A stretch of 64,000 nucleotides of DNA from Candidatus Omnitrophota bacterium (GTDB lineage: Bacteria > Omnitrophota > Gorgyraeia > B26-G9): positions 10,275 through 74,274 of the forward strand of contig JBDRJV010000035.1 of the NCBI GenBank assembly GCA_043814605.1, in the 5' to 3' direction. The translations under genes were made by a program, and so were the position numbers. This document shows, one piece after another, positions 38,883 through 49,103 of this stretch. The notes under the pieces are model-generated. The model saw nothing but the letters and a program-made list of their open reading frames with translations, was not told where the DNA came from and ran no database searches. Within the stretch, counting starts at the first letter, position 1. Each line of letters starts with the position of its first letter.

Positions 38883-41030
38883 CTATTGCCGTTTTATAAA
38901 ATTAATCTTGACTTCATTGCCTTCGGCTAGTTGAGTTGTAAATCCTCCCGGCTGGCCATTAACTTCAATCCGAATAATTCTTCCTTTTTGTTCGCTAAAA
39001 TTTATCGGCAAATACTCTAAAATTTGAGAAACAGTAGGTAAAATATTTTCTCCCGGGTAAGTATTAATTTCCGCCCGGTCAATAAGAAATTCATTTGGCT
39101 CTACTTTTTTGCCGTTCATAATTATTTTACCCGGGGGCCCGGCAATAGTGTGTTTTTGCCCGTTTAAATAAACGCTCACACAAGCTCCGCTAGAAGGAAT
39201 ATCCACAACATCTTTGACTCGGTAAAATACAGGTTTATCGCTTTTAAAATCAACCACATCTGCATTTACAAGGTTAGTATTTAAACTAGATTTTTGGCCG
39301 TTTACGAATAAAGCAAAATTGCTTTGTGAGAGAACCTTTGGTTCATTATTAACACTAATAACAATTTCTCTTTCTTCCAGATTGCTAGTATCAATACCCG
39401 CTATTGCCAAAACCTCTTTTACTTGAACAAAATTATTATATTTAATATCCGCCCGGTCAAATAATTGAGTATCAAGTTCCACAGGCAACCCATTCATCAA
39501 AATTTGAGGTTCTACTTTTACTTCCACCCCATTAACTAAAATAATTATTGAACTGGCGTCCACAACATCCTTAACTTTACCTTGCGCATCCTCACCGTCA
39601 CAGGCATCCAAAAAAGTAATTCTATCTTTGTTTTTAATTTTTGTTGTTAAATCTACTGCTTGATTATTTAATTCAATCTTAGCGGGTTTACCCATTTTCC
39701 CCTTTATAACTTTAAGTTTACCATTAACATTAACACAGAGCGCTCTGCCGATTTTCCCGTATAATTTCATTTCATCTACACCTGCGGCAACTAAAGCGCT
39801 TAAAACATCAATATTTTGGTGCATATCTAAGATATATACACGTTTATCATTAACATAAAGCTCCATAAACTTTAAGCCTTGGGAATCCGCGCTCATTAAA
39901 GAAATACCTAAAGGCGTCACCATGTCCGGACTATTAATTTTTCCGGTTTGGTCTTCAATCTTTTCAATCATTTGCGGCAGGCGAATACCAATATTTGTAC
40001 GCGGTAAATCAAAAGTACGGGAAAGTTCATCTTCTAAAAGCGGGGTTAAACTCCCGCCGCCGACTAAGACAATTGCATTCGGGGTTTTTTGATTATGTTT
40101 ATAAACACATTCGGCGATCGAATCGGCTAAAAGTCCGACACGTTTACGGATTTTTTCCATAATTTCTGCAGACTGCAATTCGTATTCCCGGCCTAATATA
40201 TCCTTAAATTTAACCTGGGGATGAGAAAGAATATTTTTCTTTACCGTTTCGGCTGTAGAAAAGTTCAAAATAAATTTTTCACAAATATGTTCGGTGATTT
40301 CATCGCCCGCTTCCGGCACCATACCGTAAGCAAAAACTGAACCATCACGGGTTAAAGCAATATCCGAAGTCCCGGCTCCAATATCCAATAATAATATATT
40401 TAAGTACCGGATATCTTCGGGGATAATGACATTTATTGCCGCAATGGGTTCAAGGGTTAAATTAACGATCTCTAGTTCTGCCCGATGTAAGACACTAAGC
40501 ATACTGTTAAAAACAACTCTCGGTAAAAAAGTTGCAATTACTTCTACGGATATTAAATTACCAAAATGTCCGACCAAACTGTTCATCATCGATTGATCAA
40601 GCTTATAGCCAATAACACTGTAGCCAACACAATAATAATCTCCCTGGCCAAAATCACAACGGGCATCTTCTAAAACACTGCTCACTGCCTCAAGCTCAAG
40701 ATTGCGTACTTGATCTTCACTGATTTCATCGTTTAAAGCAATCTTTTTTTCAATTTTAGCTTTTACCGTTTTTAAAGCCCGCCCGGCTACAGCAACTCCG
40801 ACATTTTTTAATTTTATATTCAGGCGCGATTCTAATCTTTGTTTAACTTCAATAACAACTCTTGCCACTTCTTTAATATTATGAATTTGTCCATCCAGCA
40901 TTGTCCGCAATTGATGTTCGATAACCTCTGTATCTAAAATTACCAGCTTATCCTCTGTTTTTTTGGCAACAATCCCCACAACTTTCCGGGTTCCAATATC
41001 TAAAGAAAAAACTATTTTTTTCTCTTCCAT
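38883..41030 (-). CDS. FtsA/PilM-like actin-family ATPase with C-terminal repeated beta-grasp-like units
   Basis: LDIGTRKV, DGQIH, LEPIAA, DIGAGTSD, LVGGGS; repeated (V/M/L)N(G/N)x7-8Lx3(D/E/N)x(I/V) units after residue ~390. Confidence 0.8.
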   Translation of the reverse strand: MEEKKIVFSLDIGTRKVVGIVAKKTEDKLVILDTEVIEHQLRTMLDGQIHNIKEVARVVIEVKQRLESRLNIKLKNVGVAVAGRALKTVKAKIEKKIALNDEISEDQVRNLELEAVSSVLEDARCDFGQGDYYCVGYSVIGYKLDQSMMNSLVGHFGNLISVEVIATFLPRVVFNSMLSVLHRAELEIVNLTLEPIAAINVIIPEDIRYLNILLLDIGAGTSDIALTRDGSVFAYGMVPEAGDEITEHICEKFILNFSTAETVKKNILSHPQVKFKDILGREYELQSAEIMEKIRKRVGLLADSIAECVYKHNQKTPNAIVLVGGGSLTPLLEDELSRTFDLPRTNIGIRLPQMIEKIEDQTGKINSPDMVTPLGISLMSADSQGLKFMELYVNDKRVYILDMHQNIDVLSALVAAGVDEMKLYGKIGRALCVNVNGKLKVIKGKMGKPAKIELNNQAVDLTTKIKNKDRITFLDACDGEDAQGKVKDVVDASSIIILVNGVEVKVEPQILMNGLPVELDTQLFDRADIKYNNFVQVKEVLAIAGIDTSNLEEREIVISVNNEPKVLSQSNFALFVNGQKSSLNTNLVNADVVDFKSDKPVFYRVKDVVDIPSSGACVSVYLNGQKHTIAGPPGKIIMNGKKVEPNEFLIDRAEINTYPGENILPTVSQILEYLPINFSEQKGRIIRIEVNGQPGGFTTQLAEGNEVKINFIKRQ

Positions 41031-41049
41031 GGTTACGATCCTTTATTCT

Positions 41050-41658
41050 TTATACACCTAAAGACGAAAGCACAATTTTTAAAGCTTCTGGTTTTGGTAA
41101 AAACAATTGTGAACATTCTAATTTTGTGTTGGAAATTAAAAGCTCAACATCAATCATAAAAACTTCATCTGCAACTTGGCCGATTTCTGCTAAAATAGCG
41201 TCCAGCATAGCACCCAGCATATCACAAGCTATCGCCGGGACAGTGGCAATTGAATTTATACCCACAAGCTGGCTTAAAGCACTCAAATACGATCCGCAAA
41301 TAATCGACCCTACTTCTTTTAATGCGGAGGATGCGATTTCTGAATGCATATCAAGCTCTTTATTATCTAAAAGCTTGTCTACTAAAAATTCCGCACTTTC
41401 CGGAGCAAAAATTGTTAACATTGTGCCTTCCAACTCACGAATAACTTGTAAAAATACCACATAAACAATCTTATCCGCTCCCCCTAAAAATTCCGGCACT
41501 GCCTCTAATGGCAAGACTTTAACCGCCGGGACAATCATTTCTACAGAATCAGTAATTAATTGAGAAAGCGCTGTTGCTGCATTACCCGCTCCGATACTTC
41601 CCATTTCCCGTAACGCATCCATTTGAGAATCAGTTAAATCTGCCATTTTCCCCTCCAT
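41050..41658 (-). CDS. cheC: CheC phosphatase (second copy)
   Basis: DALREMGSIGAGNAATALSQL, SALKEVGSI. Confidence 0.9.
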   Translation of the reverse strand: MEGKMADLTDSQMDALREMGSIGAGNAATALSQLITDSVEMIVPAVKVLPLEAVPEFLGGADKIVYVVFLQVIRELEGTMLTIFAPESAEFLVDKLLDNKELDMHSEIASSALKEVGSIICGSYLSALSQLVGINSIATVPAIACDMLGAMLDAILAEIGQVADEVFMIDVELLISNTKLECSQLFLPKPEALKIVLSSLGV

Positions 41659-41731
41659 TTTAAAATACTAAAAATTAGTATTTTAAAACATTTCTCCCGC
41701 ACATAATTCATGTATTTTTCTTGTTGGTCAA

Positions 41732-43735
41732 TTATCCCACTAAAGTTCCTACATCCAGGATTAAAGCAACCTTTCCGTCCCCCAAGATTGTCGCCCCGGC
41801 AAAACCTTTAATACTTTTGAGCAGTTTACCTATTGACTTTATCACCACTTCCTGCTGTCCGATAACTGTATCAATTACCAGCCCAATTTTTTTTGCCGAA
41901 CGTTCGACAACAACAATGGATACTCCTTTATCTTTATTCTGGTCTTTTCCCGCTTCTTCTGAATCCTGCGTTCCTAAAATATGCCTTAAGCGGACTAAAG
42001 GTAATACTTCATTTCTCAAATTAATTACTTCAAGTTTCTCAATAAATTTTATTTTTTGCGTACTCACTTTAACTGTTTCCGCAATATTTGAAATCGGAAT
42101 TGCATATATTTCCTTGCCGACTTTCACCAGCATCGCCCGAATGATTGCGACCGTCAACGGTAATAATAGCTTGAAGCTGCTGCGCTTGCCTACTTCCGAC
42201 TCAAAACTCAGCATGCCGCCTAAAGATTCTACTTTCATTTTTACCACATCCATGCCCACACCGCGTCCAGAGATATCCGTAACCTTTGCCGCGGAACTAA
42301 AACCCGGCAATGTGATAAAATTTAATACTTCATGATCACTTAATTTACTGATTTCTTCCTTAGTAAAAAATTTTTTCTCCAGAGCAATTTTTCTTAAAAT
42401 TTTAGGGTCAATCCCCCGGCCATCATCAGAAACTTTAATTAATGCATATGTCCTTTGCCGGCATGCAGTCAAACTTATTACTCCGATCGGATTTTTACCT
42501 AAACTTTTTCGTTCACTCGGAGTTTCTATCCCGTGATCAATACTATTGCGTAAAAGATGCACTAAAGGGTCGGCAATTTCATCCAGGACAGTACGATCTA
42601 ACTCTATTTCCCCTCCACTAATTTCAAGATCAATTTGTTTATTTCTTTCCCGGGCCAAATCTCGAACCATACGCGGGAACCGGTCAAAAACCTGCGACAT
42701 AGGAATAAGCCGGGCTTGCATTACTTCATCCTGTAAATCACTGGTCAAGCGGTCAATTTGGGTAAGAACCTCATGTAACTCCGGAATTTCTTGTGCCTGG
42801 CCAATCTGCATTAAACGTATTTTGGAAATAACCAATTCTCCGACAAAATTCATCAGTTTATCCAGCCTTTGTGTACTCACACGAATGCTCTGAATTTTTT
42901 TAAACCCGGCAGATTGAATTGCGGTTTTTGAAATTGCTTGCTTTTGTTTTAGTTTTTCTTCTTGCATTTGTGATTGATCATTATCCGCTGCATCAATATT
43001 TTCCGTTTGACTGATCACAATACGTTCAACATCAATAATATTTTTCAAAACTGATTCAATTTTTTTATCAGTTTCAAAGGTAAGAAAGAGCAACGAAAAC
43101 ATCTTATCAAAATTATTTGACTCAAGGGCTTCAATCGTAGGAGCGGATTTAATTACCTCTCCCATCTTGTCCAAGATATTAAAAACCATAAAAACACGCA
43201 CAGACTTCAGCTGGCAATCATCTGTCAAATATATATCAATTGTGTAGACTTTAAATTTATGCTCAATTACAAGCTTATTTATGTTCTTTTTTTCTAATTC
43301 TGTTAAATCAATTATTGTATTTTTTTCGGTAAGCTGAGCATTTTCAGTTTGCCAATCAGAAGAAATGATCTCTTCCAATGCCTCAACCATCTGCTCCACG
43401 TTAACATTTAGATTTTTTTCTGTTTTAACTTCCTCAAGCAGCACTTCTAACATATCTAAACATTTAAATAAAATATCGATTATTTTAACTGTAACAATTT
43501 TTTTTTGCGTTCTAAAAATATCTAAGACATCTTCCATTTTATGGGTTAACTTCGTTAATGCTTCAAACCCCATTGTGGCGGACATCCCTTTCAGCGTATG
43601 GGCACTGCGAAAGATTTCATTTAAAATTTTTAAGTTATCCGGTTTTTTTTCCAGTTCTAAGATTGCATTATTAAGTAACTGTAAATGCTCTTCTGATTCT
43701 GTAATAAATAAATTTTTATATTGCTCTAACCCCAT
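41732..43735 (-). CDS. cheA: Chemotaxis histidine kinase
   Basis: FRSAHTLKG, P2 domain, LVHLLRNSIDHG, SGRGVGMDVV, CheW domain. Confidence 0.97.
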   Translation of the reverse strand: MGLEQYKNLFITESEEHLQLLNNAILELEKKPDNLKILNEIFRSAHTLKGMSATMGFEALTKLTHKMEDVLDIFRTQKKIVTVKIIDILFKCLDMLEVLLEEVKTEKNLNVNVEQMVEALEEIISSDWQTENAQLTEKNTIIDLTELEKKNINKLVIEHKFKVYTIDIYLTDDCQLKSVRVFMVFNILDKMGEVIKSAPTIEALESNNFDKMFSLLFLTFETDKKIESVLKNIIDVERIVISQTENIDAADNDQSQMQEEKLKQKQAISKTAIQSAGFKKIQSIRVSTQRLDKLMNFVGELVISKIRLMQIGQAQEIPELHEVLTQIDRLTSDLQDEVMQARLIPMSQVFDRFPRMVRDLARERNKQIDLEISGGEIELDRTVLDEIADPLVHLLRNSIDHGIETPSERKSLGKNPIGVISLTACRQRTYALIKVSDDGRGIDPKILRKIALEKKFFTKEEISKLSDHEVLNFITLPGFSSAAKVTDISGRGVGMDVVKMKVESLGGMLSFESEVGKRSSFKLLLPLTVAIIRAMLVKVGKEIYAIPISNIAETVKVSTQKIKFIEKLEVINLRNEVLPLVRLRHILGTQDSEEAGKDQNKDKGVSIVVVERSAKKIGLVIDTVIGQQEVVIKSIGKLLKSIKGFAGATILGDGKVALILDVGTLVG

Positions 43736-43748
43736 AACATAAGTCCTT

Positions 43749-44795
43749 TTATGCTTTAGTACACTTTATTATCTCAAATCCCAGATGAGATAATGGCACT
43801 ATTTTATCAACAATCCCTTCTTTTATCGCTACACGCGGCATACCAAAAACTACGCAAGAATCCTTATCTTGAGCTAAAGTAATTCCGCCGGCATTTTTAA
43901 TGCTCCGCATTCCTTCTACCCCGTCTTGCCCCATTCCGGTAAGCAAAACTCCGATGCTTCTTTCTTTAAAATGCTTTGCCACAGAATCCATTAAAACGGT
44001 CACGGAAGGACGGATATTATTAACCTTAGGATCCTGATTTAAACGAATTATTGCCTGATAATTTTCCACATCCACTCTCATATGGTAATCTCCCGGCGCA
44101 ATATAACCGCATCCTGGTTGAATAATATCACCGTCTTCGGCTTCTTTAACTTTTATCTCCGAAGCCCAATTTATCCGGGAAGCAAATGAGCGTGTAAATT
44201 CAGGCGGCATATGCTGTACAATTAAAATTGCCGCCGGAATATCCCGCGGAAAATAAGAAACTATTTCTTTTATTGCCTTGGGTCCGCCGGTTGATGCGCC
44301 AATTACAACAATTTTTTTTAAATCTAATAATACCTTGTTGCCCGGATTAACTGTTCTTTGCTGTGTAATTTTACCCAGAACAGATTTAACCATTTTAATA
44401 TCAACCCGGCTGGCCAGTTTAATTTTTCTGATTATTTCTTCTGCTCTCTCCTTAAGATCACCAGAAATTTCACCGCCCGGTTTTGCCATCACTTCAATCG
44501 CACCTAATTCTAATGCCTTTATTGCATTTTTATTATTCGGCCCAACATTTGCACTAAGAATTACAACTGGTGTAGGTATTTCGTGCATAATATAAGTCAA
44601 CACGGTCAACCCATCAATATCCGGCATTTCAATATCTAATGTGATAACATCCGGTTTTAATTGAACAATTTTTTTGATTGCCTCAGCCCCGGTTTTTGCA
44701 TAATCAATAACTTCAATCTCTTCATCTGAATTGAGGATGTCGGTCACGGTTCTGCGGATTAATGCAGAATCATCCACAACAAGAACTCGGATCAT
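43749..44795 (-). CDS. cheB: Chemotaxis methylesterase with REC domain
   Basis: VVDDS, LDIEMP, GASTGGP, VQHMP, LTGMG.DG. Confidence 0.96.
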   Translation of the reverse strand: MIRVLVVDDSALIRRTVTDILNSDEEIEVIDYAKTGAEAIKKIVQLKPDVITLDIEMPDIDGLTVLTYIMHEIPTPVVILSANVGPNNKNAIKALELGAIEVMAKPGGEISGDLKERAEEIIRKIKLASRVDIKMVKSVLGKITQQRTVNPGNKVLLDLKKIVVIGASTGGPKAIKEIVSYFPRDIPAAILIVQHMPPEFTRSFASRINWASEIKVKEAEDGDIIQPGCGYIAPGDYHMRVDVENYQAIIRLNQDPKVNNIRPSVTVLMDSVAKHFKERSIGVLLTGMGQDGVEGMRSIKNAGGITLAQDKDSCVVFGMPRVAIKEGIVDKIVPLSHLGFEIIKCTKA

Positions 44796-45292
44796 ATAAT
44801 TCTTTCTCCGTGCGCAATAGTTCTAACGGTAACATCTCCTGTTTCGGTATTAAAATACATCGAACGGCCGTGATCACCCCCGGTATCTTCCGCAATCAAA
44901 CGAATATGTAATTGCTGCAATACTTCTTTCACTTTCGCCACATTGCGTTCTCCCACGTTAAAAACTTTATTCGTTGCAGGAAAATTAAACATATGGGCAC
45001 CGCCCATAATTTTAGCTCTTATTAATTTGCGGTTAGCGCCCATTTTCTCCATTTTATCAATCATGTCCGGTATTGCCGTATTGGCAAATTTAGCGCGGTT
45101 AGAATTATTTTGTACCAAATTACTATCCGGCAGCATGATATGGGATAAGCCGCCAATTTTTAATACAGCAAAATATAAAGCAATCCCTACGCAGGAACCG
45201 ATTCCTAAAGAGGAAAGAATCGCCGGTGCTTTGGCAACTTTCAGATCAGCCATTCCTACATGAATTTCTTGTTCAGTCATTTTCCACTCCAA
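44792..45292 (-). CDS. cheD: Chemoreceptor glutamine deamidase
   Basis: LGIGSCVG, HIMLP, GGA.MF, VGERN, EDTGG..GR. Confidence 0.94.
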   Translation of the reverse strand: MEWKMTEQEIHVGMADLKVAKAPAILSSLGIGSCVGIALYFAVLKIGGLSHIMLPDSNLVQNNSNRAKFANTAIPDMIDKMEKMGANRKLIRAKIMGGAHMFNFPATNKVFNVGERNVAKVKEVLQQLHIRLIAEDTGGDHGRSMYFNTETGDVTVRTIAHGERII

Positions 45293-45893
45293 TTGCTTTT
45301 AAAATTGCTTCTAAACTTCCCGGGTTAGGTAATAAGAAAAAATGCCCTTTTACACTTTTCCCCTCTTCCATAAATTGAGAATCAATTAATAATGCATATT
45401 CTGTAACAGAAGAAAGTTCAATTAAAATATAATCAACTAAAGCTCCGGCCATATCAATCACAATCCCCGGAGCAGAAGGGACAAGTCCTAATTTAGTAAA
45501 TTGGGAAAGAGTATTTAAATAAGCCGCAGTTAGAATACTGCCGGCTTCTTTTATGGCGGATTCATCCAAGGGCGTAAAAATTCCTGTTGTATTTTTTTCC
45601 TGCGTCAGAATAGATGCGAGGATATGAGCATCCTCGCGGGGGAATAATAACATTATAAATCCCGGGGCATTACCAAAAACTTGAAACATAACCCCAACAA
45701 CTGAGACATCTGCACCGCCGACAATTTCCGGAACATTTCTCACTTTATCTAAATGAATTTGCGGAACATTCATTTGAATTTTTTTATTCATAAGCTGTGA
45801 AAGCGCCGTTGCGGCATTGCCCGCACAAATATTGGCGATTTCTTTTAAAATATCTTTTTGCTGGTCATTTAAAGTTTGTAATTTATTTAGCAA
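45273..45893 (-). CDS. cheC: CheC phosphatase
   Basis: DILKEIANICAGNAATALSQL, SAIKEAGSI. Confidence 0.9.
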   Translation of the reverse strand: MLNKLQTLNDQQKDILKEIANICAGNAATALSQLMNKKIQMNVPQIHLDKVRNVPEIVGGADVSVVGVMFQVFGNAPGFIMLLFPREDAHILASILTQEKNTTGIFTPLDESAIKEAGSILTAAYLNTLSQFTKLGLVPSAPGIVIDMAGALVDYILIELSSVTEYALLIDSQFMEEGKSVKGHFFLLPNPGSLEAILKAIGVEND

Positions 45894-45957
45894 ATTCTAA
45901 CTCCCTTTAAAATAAATAAATTTTTAATTTTAAAATTATAAAATTATACATCCCGGA

Positions 45958-46332
45958 TTAGCTTTCTAAAACACGTTTTGCCGCTTCTAATACACGGGAA
46001 GGCTGAAAAGGTTTAGTCACAAAATCTTTTGCTCCTGCCTGAATCGCTTCCACAACTAAAGCATGCTGACCCATCGCACTAACCATAAGAATTTTTGCTC
46101 GGGAATCTTTCCCCATTATTTGCTTAACCGCTCCGATGCCATCAATATCGCCGACTTTGGGCATGACAATATCCATAGTGACCAATTCCGGATTAAGTTC
46201 CGTATATTTATCTACGGCTTCTTTCCCGTTTTCCGCTTCGCCGATAATTTCATATCCTTCTTTTTTCAGGATATCTCCGATCATTTTGCGCATGAACACA
46301 GCATCATCGACTACCAAAACTTTTACTCCCAT
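45958..46332 (-). CDS. cheY: Chemotaxis response regulator
   Basis: VVDDAVFMR, TMDIVMP, SAMGQ, KPF. Confidence 0.93.
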   Translation of the reverse strand: MGVKVLVVDDAVFMRKMIGDILKKEGYEIIGEAENGKEAVDKYTELNPELVTMDIVMPKVGDIDGIGAVKQIMGKDSRAKILMVSAMGQHALVVEAIQAGAKDFVTKPFQPSRVLEAAKRVLES

Positions 46333-46355
46333 ATCTCCGCCCCTTTCTTTCTAAT

Positions 46356-46868
46356 TTAATTCTCTTTTTGTTCTGTATTTTGACCAATTATCTCAGCTTG
46401 TTTATGAATATGATGCAGCTCTTCTTTACTCAACACAGCATTTAAATCAAGCAGGATTAATAACCTGTCTTTTATTTTACCTACGCCTCTTAAATAACGC
46501 TCCTGCACTTCTGTATTAATCAACGAAGGAGTGTCTTCGATATCATCCGCGGAAAGTCTGATTACTTCAGATACAGAATCAACAATCATTCCCACCGTAC
46601 TATCGCCGACTTCGACGACCATGATCCGGGTTGAATCTGTTTTTCCCATTGAGGGTAAATCTAATCTGCAAGCCAAATCAATTACCGTAATAATCTGACC
46701 TCTTAAATTTACAACTCCCTCGATAAATTTCGGAGCTTTGGGCATGCGGGTAATTGCAATCATCTTTACGATCTCACGCACCTGGTTTATTTCTACGCCA
46801 AATTCTTCTTCGCCAATATTAAAGACAACCAGCTGTTTTTCTTGTGCAAATTTTTCTGCCCCAGCCAT
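46356..46868 (-). CDS. cheW: CheW adaptor
   Basis: FGV.I..V.EI, GVVNLRG, VDSVSEV. Confidence 0.94.
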   Translation of the reverse strand: MAGAEKFAQEKQLVVFNIGEEEFGVEINQVREIVKMIAITRMPKAPKFIEGVVNLRGQIITVIDLACRLDLPSMGKTDSTRIMVVEVGDSTVGMIVDSVSEVIRLSADDIEDTPSLINTEVQERYLRGVGKIKDRLLILLDLNAVLSKEELHHIHKQAEIIGQNTEQKEN

Positions 46869-46942
46869 TTTATTGCCTCCTTCTAAAAAATGATGAATAT
46901 TAAAATCTTTACTTTCTGAGATTAATCAGTTTTATTCCCCGT

Positions 46943-48649
46943 TTAATCAGAAAGTTTAAACTTGCCGACTAAATCTTTAAGATCCGAAGCTAGTCTTGCT
47001 AATTCTTCTGCTGAGGCGGTTAATTCCTGCATGGAAGCTGTTTGTTCTTCAGATGAACTGGATGCTTCTTGTGCTGCTGTGGCTGATTCTTCCGCCACAA
47101 CCGCAACTTCATCAACCGCTTTAACGATTTCCTGAGAATTAGCTAATTGATTTTGTGTAGCCATTGTAATTTCATTAACCATCGTTGCAGATATTTTTGC
47201 AGCGTTAATAATATCAATAAGTGTATTTGACACCTGTTTAACAATCTCCCGCCCTTCGGTAACTTCTTTTGTGCCGGCTTCCATGGAAGCCACTGCTTTG
47301 GGTGTTTCCACCTGAATCCCTTTAATTAATATGCCGATTCTTCTGGCTGCTTCGGCTGAGCCTTCCGCTAATTTTCTCACCTCTTCGGCAACTACGGCAA
47401 ATCCTCTCCCCGCATCACCAGCCCGGGCAGCTTCAATTGCCGCATTAAGCGCTAAAAGATTAGTTTGATCCGCAATATTCGTAATTGTCTCTGTAATTTG
47501 TCCGATTTGCTGTGTTTTTTCCCCTAAGGTAAGCACTACTGTGGCTGCATTCATAACCGTATCCGTAATTTTATTCATTGTTTCTACTGCCGCAGTTGTT
47601 GATTTTCCGCCGGTTTTAGCTTGCTCTAAAGACCTTTCTGAGGATTTTGTCGCGGCTTGCGCATTTTCCGCAACACTGCGGACTGAATCTGCCATATCCT
47701 CCATAAGACTAGATGTATCTTCGACGCGCTTTGCCTGGGTACTAACTCCGTTAGCAATCTTTTGTATGGTGGATGAAATTTCTTCGGTGGAAGCATTCAT
47801 TTCTTTTGTGGAACTTGAAATTTCTTCGGCAAAACTAGAAACTTTTCCGGATAAATCCTGAATATGTTTGACCATCTTATGCAAATTTTTAATTATAGAA
47901 TTAAAAACACCCGCTAATATCCCAATCTCATCTTGAGATATTATGGGAATCCCTTTTGTTAAATCTCCCTCTGCCGCCGGCATTGCCGTTTTAATTAAAA
48001 TATTAATTGGTTTAATCACCACTTTACGCAGTAAAATTATGAGCAATATCATAATTGCAGTAAAATTAAAAAGCAAAATTAAAACATTTTGAATTTTAAC
48101 CGCACCCAGTGATTTTTCAAAATTATCCCGGGAAAAATCTATCCCCAAAACGCCTAAAATTTTTAAAGTATCTGCGTGGCATTTTTGACAATCTTTACTG
48201 TTCTTAACAGGAACATACGTTCTAAGAATTTTTTTTCCCTTATCCACAATTTTAGTCAGCATTATACCCTGATTTTTTAAATTAATATGTTGTTTCGCTT
48301 CTTCTAGTATTTGATTAATTTCAATTTTTTGATTTAACTTGCTTTTATCTGTAGTTCTTTTTATCAGTCCGGCATGATTAGCGAGAAAAATAGATTGAAT
48401 TTCTGGTTCTTTTGCTAAAAAACTAAAAACTTGTTCTACCTCTTCCTGTTTACCAGAAAGCATGGGAAAATAAATCGCATTTAAACCGCTGGTGGTAAGA
48501 GTACGGGTAAGTTTTATTTCTAAATCAGAAAATATCCTGCTTTGTGAGTTAATATTATAAACAGTAGTCATGCCCATGACCAGAAATAAACCAATCCCCA
48601 TCCAAAGCAGAATTTTAAATTCTAGATTATTTGGTAAAAATTTAAACAC
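46943..48649 (-). CDS. Methyl-accepting chemotaxis protein with periplasmic CxxCH heme-c sensor
   Basis: TM-sensor(CQKCH)-TM-HAMP; [32 protein letters not shown]; GTG start with SD. Confidence 0.93.
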   Translation of the reverse strand: MFKFLPNNLEFKILLWMGIGLFLVMGMTTVYNINSQSRIFSDLEIKLTRTLTTSGLNAIYFPMLSGKQEEVEQVFSFLAKEPEIQSIFLANHAGLIKRTTDKSKLNQKIEINQILEEAKQHINLKNQGIMLTKIVDKGKKILRTYVPVKNSKDCQKCHADTLKILGVLGIDFSRDNFEKSLGAVKIQNVLILLFNFTAIMILLIILLRKVVIKPINILIKTAMPAAEGDLTKGIPIISQDEIGILAGVFNSIIKNLHKMVKHIQDLSGKVSSFAEEISSSTKEMNASTEEISSTIQKIANGVSTQAKRVEDTSSLMEDMADSVRSVAENAQAATKSSERSLEQAKTGGKSTTAAVETMNKITDTVMNAATVVLTLGEKTQQIGQITETITNIADQTNLLALNAAIEAARAGDAGRGFAVVAEEVRKLAEGSAEAARRIGILIKGIQVETPKAVASMEAGTKEVTEGREIVKQVSNTLIDIINAAKISATMVNEITMATQNQLANSQEIVKAVDEVAVVAEESATAAQEASSSSEEQTASMQELTASAEELARLASDLKDLVGKFKLSD

Positions 48650-48809
48650 TAATGCCCCCTTATTTTAAAAAATTATATTTAGGCACAAAAATACCCTCTC
48701 CAGAATCTTTATTCTGAGATTCTTTGGCAAAAGAAGTAAAATTTTTTTTAGATAATAACACAATTTTTTTACAAAACAAATTGCAATAACTTAAGTTAAG
48801 TCTGTTTTA

Positions 48810-48838
48810 ATCATACTGAAAAAACCAGTTACTGTCAA
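48810..48838 (-). promoter_or_regulatory. Putative sigma70 promoter of the che operon
   Basis: TTGACA-N17-TATGAT. Confidence 0.7.
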
Positions 48839-49045
48839 GCACAAAATCGTCGGTGATATAGAAAAAAATAAGTATTTATTAAATAGAATATTAAAGTTAA
48901 CAATTCTTATATGTTATTTTAAAATATGTTTTACGAATATCCCTGAATAATTTTTCTGGAATAATTTCATCATCTACGATCCCAGAGAATCCTCATGTAT
49001 TTATACTTGAATTTAAACTTGGGGTTTAGGCATTTTTATTAAAAT

Positions 49046-49081
49046 TAAAAACCCCTGTTAAATTAATAACAGGGGTTTTTA
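49046..49081 (-). terminator. Intrinsic (bidirectional-type) terminator after the porin
   Basis: taaaaacccctgtta / taacaggggttttta perfect stem. Confidence 0.85.
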
Positions 49082-49103
49082 AAAATACTCTTTGTGAATC
49101 AGC

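Noticed and set aside
38883-41030. True cell-division ftsA or ubiquitin-like modifier
   Set aside because: No ftsQ/ftsZ neighbours, ~300 extra residues, and no C-terminal GG for conjugation.
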